Positions 14,952 through 29,585 of a stretch of 64,000 nucleotides of DNA are shown here, in pieces (position 1 is the first letter of the stretch; the number at the start of each line of letters is the position of its first letter). This DNA comes from Eledone cirrhosa (lineage: Eukaryota). A program made the translations under genes and the position numbers. The notes below the pieces were generated by a model, which worked only from the letters and a program-made list of their open reading frames with translations, was not told the DNA's origin and ran no database searches. The stretch is from assembly GCA_964016885.1 (NCBI GenBank), contig OZ024741.1, positions 175,522,001-175,586,000 of the forward strand. The letters are read 5' to 3'.

Positions 14952-15599
14952 ATATCTTTATATATATATGCATTTAGAGTGTGGGTTTGATGAGATAGCC
15001 GTAAGAAATTGCTACATTCGCTCTTTAATATATCACATAAATATTTATCCAATTTAGGATTGATACTAAGGAATATGTAATGATAAGCAGAGAGAATGCA
15101 TCGGCTTCATTTGGTAACCCGGAGGAAGACACAAATACATTTCTCTTGAGTTATGTTGTCTTGCGAGCAAAGCATTTCTTTTTTTTACATTGAAATACGG
15201 TTAGAATGCCTTGAGCAATGTGGAAAATATATTTATATTTTGTGTATGTTTGAAAATATATTTTTGTATGTTTGTGTATGTTTGAAAATATATGTTTGTA
15301 ACGAATCTGCGATAACGTAAATGGATGAACAGCAGGAATGGCTCAATTTATCGCGAACATAAATGCCTTAAGGTATTATTGATGCCGGTCACTATCATAT
15401 ACAGGATGCATAAGGTAATTATGAAATCATGTGGAACCATAGAAATATGTGATGTAATTTGTGCTAATCTAAATGGCTTGATGGCTTTCTTTAATCGATG
15501 CTTTACCGATTCTTACAATCCTGATAACAATAAGAATAATACTAAAAATAATAATGATAATAATAATATAATATTATGAGTATTATTATTATACACGTT

Positions 15600-15800
15600 G
15601 GATGGCAGAATCGGTAGAGCGTCGGACACCATGCTTGGCAGCATAGAGTGACGGCCTTTTACATTCTGAATTCAAATCCCACCAAGATTAGCTTTGTCTT
15701 TCATCCTTACGGGGTCGATAAATAAAGCACCAGTAATGCACTGGGGTCGATTTAATCGATTGATTTTCCCTCCTCTTCAAATTACTGTCCTTGTGCCGAG
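15600..15800 (+). mobile_element. SINE family A copy
   Basis: Same head and central block as 190-375. Confidence 0.8.
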
Positions 15801-16583
15801 TATGTATATGTGGAACAGCTTTTCTTTAATCATAGACACGATATGCTTAATAAACGTATAAGGTCTTACTATGAGAATATATGCGATAAATAAATTACAT
15901 GTACTTCTGCTGTCGGGAAGGAAGAATTGGTCCATATGTTTCAACTGTTAAAACCCATCACAATCATTTACTTCACCTCTGGAATGCCGAAATTCTGTAG
16001 AATATATTTTCTTATAAGAAGCGTAAACAAACTGGTTACTTGCATAAAGTCATTTACATAATAGTATACGTTTGGCTGTCTGAATTTAATAAAACCACCA
16101 ACATAACGTTGTTATGAATAAATTGCTACATAGAAATCATACAATTTGTTTAATAAACAGATATTTTGTCTGTCTGTGAAAATATGATTGAGCTTCTGTC
16201 GTTTTTGACGATGAACATTCAGTTATTTGATCAATTGAACGTTGGAGCGGTAAGTTAAAATTAAGGTTGTTGAGTATCACTGAGGTAAGTGTGACCATAG
16301 CGTAATTCCGAAGCAGAATTAGCGTGACACACTATATGATATGTATATGTATATACATATCATATAGTGTGTCATATAGTCACCAGGAACTAAATATTTT
16401 CAATATATATATATGTATATATATGTGTATATTGTAAATATTTAGTTCCTGACGACCCAGCTCATGCCGTTTCGATCTTCGTGCACTAATTATTTACAAT
16501 ACATATACTCTACTTTCCCAAGTATCGATTACTTAGCTAAATATATGGTCTCACGAGTCTGAACTGGTAATTCTCAGTCTATG

Positions 16584-16642
<59 letters not shown>

Positions 16643-16663
16643 AATATATATAAATACATTATA

Positions 16664-16948
16664 TTTCATGAAATAGTATTTAAGACTATACAGAGCATTT
16701 GAAGTTTTTCCAAATTGAAGGATGAGTATTTTAAACTTTATTTTATCATGAGTTAAGGCTCTATTGATTTTTTCCTGGATTTCACTAAATTCTGTGGATG
16801 AATTTATATCCTGATTCTCTTTAAGATGAGTTTGAATTATTTTTCCCACATCTTACGTTAACTATTTTTCCCATTTTGACGCTATAGTCACTTATATATT
16901 ATGGAGTGCTGTTGGCTTTTCGCTGCAGTGTTTTCTATACCTTTCATT

Positions 16949-16951
<3 letters not shown>
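16664..16951 (+). mobile_element. 5'-truncated diverged copy of the 629-nt retrozyme-like element
   Basis: Colinear with about 48037-48326; starts inside the HHR (TTTCATGAAATAGTATTTTAAGACTATACAGAGC) and ends at CATTTA followed by (TA)n, like the copy ending at 48957. Confidence 0.85.
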
Positions 16952-16982
<31 letters not shown>

Positions 16983-17144
16983 AAATAAAATAAGTACATC
17001 AAATATGTAAAACTTGGCTTCGTTTATTTTACATATTTGACTTATTTTATTTTACATTACTCCGGACTAAACAAAACAACCTGCATACTTCATCGAGTGC
17101 TCCAGTCTGCATACTGAGGTGTCGGTAAACAACCAACATATACT

Positions 17145-17239
<95 letters not shown>

Positions 17240-17430
17240 ATAACGAAGGAAGAGTGGTAAGGAACCAGATGGACTATAACGCCCCAGAGTACTCAATACT
17301 TAGGGTAGTAGAGTGGGTAATAGGAAAATGTTCAAGACCCCGACAGCAGAGCTCAAGCCGGTTCGACGCGTCCAGAAATAGCCGCCGAAACGGCTTGAGC
17401 TCTGCCGACGGAGTCCTGAATATTTTCCTC
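17240..17430. mobile_element. TA-embedded repeat (same family as 42035-42180) with internal inverted duplication and HHR 3' half
   Basis: Shares AACGAAGGAA..GTGGTAAGGAACCAGATGGAC..TACTTAGGGTAGTAGAGTGGGTAATAGGAA; 17322-17367 is inversely repeated at about 17383-17429. Confidence 0.7.
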
Positions 17431-17436
17431 TCTCTC

Positions 17437-17735
<299 letters not shown>

Positions 17736-17901
17736 TAAACAAATAATGAATAAAACAATGAAACAGTTCCTTATATTAAACAAAAAAAGTTCATTATTTA
17801 ACGATCGTTTCTAGGATATATATGTGTTAGAATTGGCATGCATATTCAACAGATCTATTCATACGGATTGGACACTACCGTAAACTCTTGGTAGATTTAT
17901 C

Positions 17902-17940
<39 letters not shown>

Positions 17941-17989
17941 ATATACATCCTTCACACACAACTCGTTGAACAGAAACTGTATTCCTTTC

Positions 17990-18896
17990 ACCGTGCCATA
18001 GATCACCTAAGGTACTTGTATTGACATGGCACCTGATGCCATTTCGACAGATTTTCCTCCACCTATGACGATTAGCAGATCAAATTCTGATGCTTGTATT
18101 CCGACATTCTTGATATTCTTCTTCAGTTTATCCTTGTATCTAAGACGGGGTCATTCTACGTTTCACACTTCCGCTTGAAGTTGGCCATAAGTGAGAATGT
18201 TTTAGCACTCTTTCATCATTCATCCTAGCAACATGATCTGTCTATCTTAATTGAGACTTTATTAAGAAGGCATTTATGCTCTGTATTTCACATTTATGAA
18301 ACAACTGTTCATTAGAGACTTTGTCCTTCCACAGATAATTCTGAGACACCTCTTGTGGAATGTGTCTAGCTGTGTAATATGTTTTCCATATGGTGCCCAA
18401 GATTCAGACCCATACAGCACTGTTGAGACGACAACTGCACAGTAAATTGAGATTTGGGCTTTTAAATTCGATCCTCTCTCTCATTTCATACCCTGACTAG
18501 CCTTGGCGATTCTGTTCACTATTTCATTGTCTAAAGAAGCACTAGAATTGATTTTACTTCCTAAGTATGGGAAGGACTTCAAATACTTTAGAGGATTGTT
18601 ATCCAAAAGAATTTAACGTAATTATGCAGACTTTTCAAGCCTAGGTAGTGTTAAACCTCTTCTCTGAATAGATGTTGGTTTACGTTGGTATATCACGTCC
18701 GTCTCTTTAACACTTATTGTTAGGCCAAACGCATTTGCTCCAGAGAAAAACCGGCTTACGATTTCTTGTACCTCCCAGGAAGAATTAGTTGCTAGAGCCT
18801 CACCATCTGTAAACAAGAAGTCTAAGAGTATTTATGTTCTAGTAAGAGTATTTGCTGGTTGAAAAGCCCACCTGATGTTCTAAATTGAAACAAAAC

Positions 18897-18971
<75 letters not shown>

Positions 18972-18996
18972 GCTGCTACTACTACTACTACTATTA

Positions 18997-19027
<31 letters not shown>

Positions 19028-19380
19028 CATTGCCACTGGGACCAATTGCCACTCCTAACAAAACGGTATCATCTGTCATTATTGCAGGTTAACTTTGCCT
19101 TTCATCCTTACGGGGTCGATAAAATAAAGTACCAGTAATACACTGGGTAATTGCTGGCATTGTGCCTAACGTAGAAACAATTATTGCTACTGAAAATAAT
19201 TCCATCTGACTCAAACAAACCTACAAGGTCAATACCTGACTGACCTCTTTTCTGAACAAGTTGAAGCCAAATCTCAGACAATGACAGCACTAAGGAATTC
19301 GAATGACTTGATGTTGTGGTGAAACTAACCAATAGATAGTGGCCTTAAATACACCCCTTTTGCTGAGGCTGTGAGGCTGT
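17990..19380 (-). mobile_element. Degraded RTE (BovB-like) LINE fragments interrupted by a microsatellite and a SINE piece
   Basis: Minus-strand peptides FQFRTSGGLFN, QEIVSRF..ANAFGLTISVKETDVIYQ and IYCAVVVSTVLYG resemble the RTE at 33.9-35.5 kb. Confidence 0.7.
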
Positions 19381-19508
19381 TTATTCTGTCATATGACACC
19401 GGTGCTTTGAGAAGGCAATACCAAATATCAACCCGGGGCATATGAATGAATCGAAAAAACAGAGGCATTATTTCTTCTTTGTCTTTCTGTTTTTCTGTTC
19501 AACTTCTA

Positions 19509-19567
19509 GCTGTCTGATGAGGTCATAACTGTTGCAGAACTGTTATCACCGAAATATATATAACAGC
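19509..19567 (+). ncRNA. Type I hammerhead ribozyme, intact core
   Basis: Stem I GCTGT/ACAGC; CTGATGA 19514-19520; stem II GGT-c-ATAAC/GTTAT-c-ACC; GAAA 19551-19554; short self-complementary stem III (ATATATAT); cleavage predicted after A19562. Confidence 0.85.
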
Positions 19568-19748
19568 GATTATGGTTAAACAAAGTGAAATATAACCTGT
19601 TGACTTCATGAACATATATATATATATATATAATATATATATATATATATAAGTAGAAGTGGTATTTAATTTGTTGGAAGTCCGACAAACATAAATGTTT
19701 ATAACTAATTTAGAGCACTCAACAAGTTACTGGAGTAAATATTCAATG

Positions 19749-19855
19749 GTATTAAATAAATGGAAACTATATTTATAAAACCATATATATTTTATTATAT
19801 ATATTTCAAGGGTACCAAGACAACATTGGTACGCTTTCATCAGAAAACATACAAA
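19749..19855 (-). ncRNA. Type I hammerhead motif, same family as 17603-17692
   Basis: Minus strand CTGATGA-AAGCGTACCAA..TTGGTACCCTT-GAAA..TGGTTTTATAAATATAGTTTCCATTTA-TT. Confidence 0.65.
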
Positions 19856-19882
19856 GTTTGTTGTATATATGTATATATATAT

Positions 19883-19975
<93 letters not shown>

Positions 19976-20153
19976 TATAACATTTCGGAATATTGTACTT
20001 TGATATTTGGGATAAATTGAAAAGAAAAAACTTGATTTCACAGACTCAAGGCCAAATTTCTTCGGTGAGGGGCAAGTATCGTACAGTAATTTTACTGGCA
20101 TATATTTTATGGAACCCCATAAACACGATGATTATGTAGACATCGGTGTGTGT

Positions 20154-20193
<40 letters not shown>

Positions 20194-20204
20194 ACAGACA
20201 CACA

Positions 20205-20310
<106 letters not shown>

Positions 20311-23300
20311 TATTTACAAAATGTTTTCCTACTGCTGTATTGCTTCTGCTTTGTAAACAATGCCAATACAACATATTTGACTCTTTCACGGTATATACTA
20401 TAATCGATTATATTGATGATACTTATTGTACTGAACCTCAAAGCACCAAAGGCATAGGAGGGCTAGGTGGAATTCAAGCGCAACAGGATAAGAGTCTTAT
20501 GTCATAAAAAAGTTATAATATTTAAAACAGTGTCCCCATTTCATAAAGTCTTTTTCCTAAATAGAAATTGTACATCATGGATTACAATAGCTTATGACTC
20601 TTTTCTTTTATAATAGGGCAGGGTATTATTCAAATATTAGGCTGCTATTCCTAGTGGTGTTATTGGCTTTGTATAATATAACTCGTTACATCGTACGTGT
20701 GTGTGAAAAAGTGTTTACTTTGTTTACTTCTATTGGTGATTTTAAATCGTTAAACTTAATGAAGTCTAAACTTTACAGTTTTCTGTTAATTAATTGGATT
20801 CCTAATTAGGAAGACGAAAGTGTTTCGTAACAGAAGGTGGGGACAGTAATCAATAAAATCCTTATCTCTATTTCCCTGCTGCTTATTTTATCATTAGACC
20901 TTTGAAACATCAAGTCGAATATTGTATATATTGAGATATGAATATGGACAAATGCTTTATTGGCACTGCCAATCAATTCTATGAAAATATTTTTCTTGAG
21001 CTAAAGAGGTAGCCTCAACGTATCCGTGAAACATGTTTGAAATAGCTGCAAAATATCAGATCACACCCTCATGTCTTAATGGAGGACACATCAGACAAGG
21101 AAACCACAGCAGATATTGAATTGGAGAATTAAAAAGTTTACTAAATCCAGTGCTTTACTGTTTAAGCCAGCCACATACTATATTGGGAAGGTTATATCAG
21201 TTAAAGTAATCCTAGTAAACTCTTTTAAAATGGGAAGGCAAGGCGATAGTCACGGTTTAAATGCTTTTGGTTATACGTCAACTAGGTGAGAGTTTACTTG
21301 GTATTAAATTACAAGAACATTAATTTATGTTTGAGAGGCAAGTATGAACAACTTTTAATGGAATGCAAATATAGGAAACTTTATCTCCCCTCCGTATATT
21401 AATTTCATGAGTTTCGGAATAATAAACTGCAAAGTTGATCTGCATGGCTTGAACCCCGAATGTAGATGTTCCAAGTTAAAATCTATAAGGTATTTAGTGT
21501 AACGCACTGCTGGCTTGCTAACATCTGACAATGATTAAAAAATATATATTATATTATTAACTTATAACATAGCCTATTATTATAGATTTAAAAACTGGCT
21601 GGAATATAAAGACTCATCAGGTATTATCTGGTCTCAGCAGGTCTAATACCACTGACCGCTCTAGTATTATACATGGTTTGTGTACTTGGCGACCAAGGAG
21701 TTTTCAATCCTTTCCATAATGGCTAGTTAGCTACGGTGGGATTTCATAAAATCGTTTTAATTGCGGCTGGTTGACCTCGGCGGTCCTTTAGCACAGAGAA
21801 TAAACACCCGTATAAATACGGCAAAAATTTCTGTCGGAACACTAACGATTCTTTCAGTCATCCGCCTTATACGACTGCTTTACGTTCGTCTTGGATTTGA
21901 ACTCTGAACAGAAAGAGCCATAATAAATTCTGCAAGACACAAATATTTCACCCGATTCTCAAAAGGTACTATTAATATGCCGCTTCATTAATAACTAATA
22001 CGAATTATAATAAATATATTCTGCAGAACGCCCCATTTTTCTCTCTTGTTTCTTTCCTCTCCTCTTTCTTTCTCTCCAAAAGCAAGACGTTCGTTGGGTA
22101 ATATAATTCAAGGATCTTTATAGCTTTATCCTTTAATATTCTGTTCTATTTACAAACTGGCTGGAATATTTATTTTTAACGCATTTAGAAATCTAGAAGT
22201 GTTGAATAGAAAATGAAAAGGATAAAAATCCTTTTCAGACTTCATAATTAAAAATTATTCATTGTTTTGATTTTCTATTCAATCCAATCTTTAATTTGTT
22301 GTTTGAACACTGGAAATCTTTGAACGACAGAAAGAAAATGTTGAGAGGAAAATCATTTCAGATGAGACAGTCACTTTCTTTAATCAACATTCAAAAATAT
22401 GATTGATGAAATATTGATGAACGTCTCATTGATTTTATTAAACCAATATTCAATTTTTCAATGCGCAATTTTGTATTGTCACACGAAACGGAAGAAGAAA
22501 AGAACAGCAAAACTAATAACGCATCAAATATGACAGATAAGAATGAGAAAAGTTTCTTTGTTTTCTGTTTAACAATTGTAACATATAGTAAATCTCTTTT
22601 TCTGTGTGATATTAATTTGAAAAGTCGTCTTAGAATATTCATTGTAGGAAACATTTTAAAATATAGAATACGCTACATAATTTCATGTTTAAGACAATGC
22701 ATACGTAGGTATAGCAACGAATTATAGAACTCTTTAGAATAATTTTCAGGTAACTGAGGAAACAAATAACATAAAGGGATAATATGTTTAGAGAATGTTA
22801 TTTGAATATAATTTATAATAGCATTCCTTTTGACTTTAGCAGGAATCATCTTTATATTTTAAAATTTACAATTCATACAACTGATTTAAATTACTAATGG
22901 CTTTTGTGGTCACATTTAGTACAGTCAATATTCTAACAAATGTACAACAATTAGATGAGCCTATGTTTGAGAAGATAAGAATATACAACATATTTCTTAC
23001 ATTATTCTATAAATAATGAGGAATAGCATGTCTTGGTTGGAAGGTTTGTGTTACGATACTGATTAATTCACAATAATTGTAGGTTGTTATTTTATAATAT
23101 TAAGGTTTTCAATACAACACAGCGCAGCTAGATAGATAATAACCAGAAGCAACAATTAAATGCTACACTGGATTAAGATTAATAAAAGTGAAGCAGTTAA
23201 GTTTGATATGGTTCGGTCGATCTTGTATTATAGTTCACATGTCAAATTTCACTGGTTTTATATTTAATGCATCATCGTGTGGGTCACACAAAGTTAATTA

Positions 23301-23554
23301 GGATATAAAAAATTATACACTATAGCGTAATTAATTTTAAACAAGAACCTAGACTGTATCTCATAATTAAATTTGTATACGAAAAGATAATTGATGTAGG
23401 AAATCCTTTAGGGGTCAATGGAGCAGGTTCATCGTTACATCGAACCTGAAGAAGATACGAAATTGTTTCGAAAATGCAATCATCCAGTTATTGCGCACAG
23501 TATTACTGCCATATGAAATTATTCCTGAAGCTGTACTGATTCTACCCCGCTAAG

Positions 23555-23750
23555 AATAATTGTTTCTACTTTTGGCACAAGGCCAGTAATTATTCCAGTA
23601 CATTACTGGTACTTTATTTTATCGACCCCGTAAGGATGACAGGCAAAGTTAACCTCGGCGGGATTTGAACTCAGATCGTAAAGGCCTGTAACTCCATGCT
23701 GAAAAGCATGGCGTCCGACCCTCTAACGGTACTGCCAATCCACCGCCAAT
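23555..23750 (-). mobile_element. SINE family A copy
   Basis: Reverse complement of the 190-375 sequence. Confidence 0.85.
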
Positions 23751-24544
23751 CCTACCCTCCTAAGAATAATAATGTAACACTTTCCCCTTTCTGGGTACGT
23801 GACATAGTTGATTATAGTGACCCCATTTCTAGAATGGTAGCTACTGTATTGACATGACGAAAGATGGCCTGGTTGAAATTCGAGGCCAGAACGAAACGAA
23901 TTTATAAAATTAATGAAAAGAATTCTCTCTACAGACATTGTACATCGAGGAGTACAGCAGCTGTATTTTTCTTTTCTTTTTAAGATGGCACAATTGAATG
24001 GATATTTGGCTGCTATTTCTAGCACTCTAATGGACTGCATAGAATCTAATTCCTTGAATCGCACATGTATCTGTATGAAAAGAGGAGTGGGTCCTTAGAG
24101 GATTTCTTATTTACTTCTATCGGTTGCCATTAGATCATTAATTTTAATGAAGTCTCAATTATAGTTTTCTGTTAATTAATTGGATTCCTAATTAGCAAGA
24201 TGACAATGTTTAAGAGTTGTAATCAATGAAATCCTTATCTGTATTTTCCTGCTGCTTATTTTTATAATTAGACTTCTGAAATGTAAAGTTGAACATTGAG
24301 AGTATTGAACTAGGAATTTTGAGATATGAATATAGCCCAAAGCTTTATTGGCTCTGCCAAATCCATTCTATGTAAATTTCCCTTTTTGAACCGAGGGGGA
24401 AGATTCTACGTGGCCATTACTAGTATTGAACTTGGAATTTGGAAATATGTATGCTTTCCTGCCGGATAAAATCGGATCAGCCGGTTATTTGAATCTGGAA
24501 TTCTCTTAGACAATATAATTACTTTAACGATTTTTAATTTAGCC

Positions 24545-24915
24545 ATTTCTTCTTCTTCTTCTTCTTCTTCTTCTTCTTCTTCTTCTTCTTCTTCTTCTTC
24601 TTCTTCTCACCCCCCCTCCTTCTTCACTCACTTCCAACTGATCCTGATGGATCCCTAAGCGAAACCCGCCGAGCTCATGATTATTATTTAACTATTTTGC
24701 TCAGGTGTTCACCGTTGGGTCACCTACCGGTTGGTTTTGCCCACAAAATCTGTCTATCTGTTCTTTCCTAAGACATTCTAACCCCATGCCCGTATTATTG
24801 AAGTTGTGATCTCAGAGAAGTAGCGGCTCCAAAGTTAGTCCAAAAACGTTCGGCGGAACTTCATTTTGGCCGCCTGCATTTGCGATCGTATTCTTTCGGT
24901 CGTTAATCAGAAGAC
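24545..24915 (-). mobile_element. RTE-clade (Rex3-like) LINE 3' fragment with (GAA)n tail
   Basis: Minus-strand TTERIRSQMQAAKMKF..LEPLLL..YGHGVRMS; the (TTC)n tract at 24547-24606 lies at its 3' end. Confidence 0.7.
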
Positions 24916-25479
24916 CGCCAATGAACACAATGTTCGACATTAATTTCACATTAATTCATATTGACAGTGAAAGCCTTTAGGATAAAGAAGATCAGAGACA
25001 GGTTTGATTATTGAAGCGGACCTACACGAAAATACTTCTGAGAGGTTACAGAAAAATTAAACGCTGATCATTCAAAGATTATTGAATAAATACGTGCTGC
25101 CTGAGCTGACAAACAAAAAACAAAATCGGTATTACAAAACCTGCACTCGGCTTCTTTTGCGCAACAGAAACAAAGCATTTCCTAGTCGCGTTCTCTCATG
25201 TGAATAAAAATGAAATATACCCGACAACAAATAGTGTTTAGAACAGTGACTAGTACGGGAGGGGGGGGGGGGGGGGGTTGAATCACAAAAACAAAACAAA
25301 AACAAAACACTTTTTAAACCGATGTTTCATTAAATGAATTTTGAGCATAATATTTTGTCGTCAGTAAGTGGAAACATCTACAGTTGCCTTAATCCTGGCG
25401 AAATAATTATAACAGGAAATAATGAATCAATGACTGCAACATTTATATTCGATATTGGTCAATTAAAATTAATCGTTTT

Positions 25480-25685
25480 TACATTTGGAACAAGGCCAGC
25501 AATTTGGGAGGGGGGGAGGAAAGTCGATTAAATCGACCCCAGCACATTACTGGTACTTTATTTTATCGACCCAGTAAGGATGATAGGCAAAGCTAACAAT
25601 GGCAGGATTTGAACTCAAATTGTAAAGGGACGTAACTCTATGCTACGAAGCATGGTGTCCGAAGCTCTACGGATACTGCTAATTC
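25480..25685 (-). mobile_element. SINE family A copy
   Basis: Reverse complement of the family A central block and B-box. Confidence 0.8.
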
Positions 25686-26982
25686 AACCAGCTTTTCTCT
25701 GTTTCGAAGCCTGACCACATTTTACAAATAACTCTGCAGGTTCTGAACAAACTAAACTAAGAAACTTTAATGCAACCAAACTTAGTTGGAAAAAAACGTT
25801 TTTCAAATCAGTTATCAACGTTTCAAGCATTTCAATAACTTGCAAAAGAATTTCATTAACAATCAATCAGCTGCTCAAAAAAGCATTCGAAGAATTAATC
25901 ACTTCCAGGAATCCAGAATTATGTTTCCGAAATAAATAGACTGTTTTTTGTTAGAATAAGTATGTAGATTGTAAGTGCTGTAATCTCCATTAATAAAATA
26001 TATTCTAAGTCGAGATATATTCCATGTTTAAAAACCACATTTATTTCACATCAACCATATAGTATATGTAATTACATATAAACACACAAAATGTTACAGC
26101 GAAGTCAGAGGAAAATCAGTTCGTATCGGTGATGGTGCCACAGGCTTGTCACAACCAACAAGATGGAACAAGTACGAATGTACTAGAAGAATGAACTAAT
26201 TCATTTCTGATTTAGTGTTTTATTCAATATTTATTTATCTCATAGTCTCATTAGACGAGTATGTGTTCGACGCATAAACAGCAACTTCTTTCGAAGTGAT
26301 ATGCAAAAAATGTTCCGTGTTCATTGGGATATCCACGAGTAAAAAAAATAGCAGAACATTCTGGTTAACAACCACAATGTCTAGCTATAAAGCGCTTTGT
26401 ACAGTGATAACAGTGGTAACTTGAATACGAGAAAGTCAGTTAAACTATCGGACTGTCATACACGATATCTTTATCGATGGTAATAACCATTTTATCTAGA
26501 TTGTAATGAAGACGAAAATGTTACTATTGAGAAGAACTATAAAATATATGTGCAAACTTATATCGTAATCGCAGTGAAAGAACTAAAGCAAACATACCTA
26601 TTTCCTCTTCAAAGAATCTAGCTATATTATACCTGACGGCGTGAGTTTGGTTTTCTGTTTCTTGCTATTAGAATTCCCAAAGACCAATTATATATTGACA
26701 TACTGTAGTCATCCTCAGTACATGATATTCATTTCAATGGAAAAATACAATTAGATAGGCAAATAAGAAAGTCCTGCCTAGGGGTCACTTTGTTATCTAT
26801 ACACGCATATATATTAATAAATAGATAGATAGATACCTGGATAAAAATATAAACGAAACACACACACGCGCGCATCCGTACACATAAATATACGCACAGA
26901 AACAAATATATTGTTTTGTCTCAAGATATGTATAAATGACTATATTGTTACAAACACGAGAACCTACGTGTATATATATGTA

Positions 26983-27027
<45 letters not shown>

Positions 27028-27028
27028 G

Positions 27029-27063
<35 letters not shown>

Positions 27064-27899
27064 TTGTGTAGGCACCTACAATTCTAGGTATATATATACC
27101 GAGATATGTAGGTGTCTGTTTGTATGTATGTACATTTGTATTTATCCAAGAGTGAAATAATAGAAAGCAGAAGATAGTGCGTATAAATAAATAAAAAACA
27201 TATTTTGCTGCTGAAAAAAGTAACTTTAAAAATAAGGAAATAAGTAGATGGGATGAACGACAAAAAGAAATAATACAATTAATTGAGAAGAAATTTTGTT
27301 TTTATTCGCCTTTGCGTATTTTATTGTGAATTGCAGAATATATGGAATTCGCTGAAGGACAATTCGATGTTAAATAGGAAAGCAATTTTGAAAAGAACTT
27401 TCTTCATTATTAACCAAATACTATTTGTTATGACAGTGTATGAATTTCTTCCCCAGCAACTGCATTTCTTTGAAAACAAAAGAAAAAACAACGAATGCTA
27501 AAGACATTAAAAGCAAGGAGGTAAGGGTTTTAGGGGAGTTATTTGTATATTTATCTTCGGCAAACTAATTAAATTTTTTCGGATTAGTTGTTATATAACC
27601 ACACAGTTCTTTCTAGAAAACAAAGCCGAATAGATTTTAGTTTGTTTCTAACTCTTCCTATTCTTCAACTATAGTGTGCTTGCACCTTCTTATTCGTATG
27701 TGGATTTATATATAAATGTGTTTGTCTGTCTGAAAATATAAGTAAATGAATCATTTCATGTAGTAAGACATGTGAAATTAAGTTTATCGATGGAATTTTC
27801 ATTTAATATTTTCTTTGTAGGGGTGTATTTTCATACACACAGACACAGATACACACGCACATAACACACTTACGAACACATACACACACACACACATAC

Positions 27900-27969
<70 letters not shown>

Positions 27970-28114
27970 ACATATATACACACACTCCTTTGAAGGAAGA
28001 CTACCCTTATATACTGGCAGTAAGCCGACCATTGTTGTTGGTACGGCAAACATTCGTTTTTTAAAAAAAACTATTTGAGAGCTTCTGGTAAACATTATTT
28101 CAGGTTTGTTCAAA

Positions 28115-28232
28115 TGAGTTCAAATCCCACCAAGGTTGACTTTGCCTTTCATCCTTACGGGGTCGATAAAATAAAGTACCAGTAATGCACTGAGGTAATT
28201 GCTGGCCTTGTGCCTAAAGTAGAAACAATTAT
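28115..28232 (+). mobile_element. SINE family A, 5'-truncated copy
   Basis: B-box to tail; the flanks share ATTATTT(T)CAGGTTTGTT, a possible duplicated target. Confidence 0.8.
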
Positions 28233-28779
28233 TTCAGGTTTGTTTAATGTATAAATATGTTGATAAAAATAAATTTTGATGGAATTCTGGACACTATATC
28301 GGCTGTCCGCAAATTGATTTATGCTCGTATTTCTCAACATAATGAAACATTGAAGAAAACTGATAGATCATTGGCCACTAGTCTCTCCGAACATACATGG
28401 TTTTTGAAAGAAACAGTGTGTATGACGTTACAAAACGAATGGGTGATCTTTAGTTTGATTAAAATTCCTTTATTGAGTAAGTAATTATGCAATATGGACC
28501 TGAAGATGTCGCCAGGTTCTTACGTAACCTGGATATTGAAATATATATAGTGTTTTGACTAGAATAAAACTTTAAGGGAACTTCACCAGTCCAGTCTGGC
28601 CTCCGGTTATTTTAATCAAACTAATAATTAACTCAGTTCCCACACCACCCACAGATTTCAACACCGAAGATGGATGTGCTACAAAATGTTGAGTGCTTTT
28701 TCTACTAATACATCATGGTTAACTATACGGATAGACCAGTTCTATCCACACACACACATATATATATTTATAATTTTAA

Positions 28780-29004
28780 AGTCTGTCTTAAGCCAGAAGG
28801 CTAATTTGTCCGGTGCTTATCTCGGTTTCATGGCATGAAGCGACTGAAAGTACAAGACTCCTGCCTGAAAAGGACGCCAATCCATCGCACGGTTAAACCC
28901 TCCACCTATTGCTGGTACTCATTTTCAGCTGAGTATACTGGAGCAACATTAAATGAAGTGTTTTGCTCAAGAACACAACACGTAACCCAGGAAACGAACC
29001 CACG

Positions 29005-29005
<1 letters not shown>
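28780..29005 (-). mobile_element. tRNA-derived SINE family B (CORE-like)
   Basis: Reverse complement of 35880-36165, containing GTTCTTGAGCAAAACACTT. Confidence 0.75.
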
Positions 29006-29057
<52 letters not shown>

Positions 29058-29063
29058 TATATA

Positions 29064-29585
<522 letters not shown>

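Noticed and set aside
16574-16849. Minus-strand 91-aa ORF overlapping the retrozyme copy
   Set aside because: It runs into (TA)n, has no recognisable domain, and lies antisense to a truncated non-coding repeat copy.
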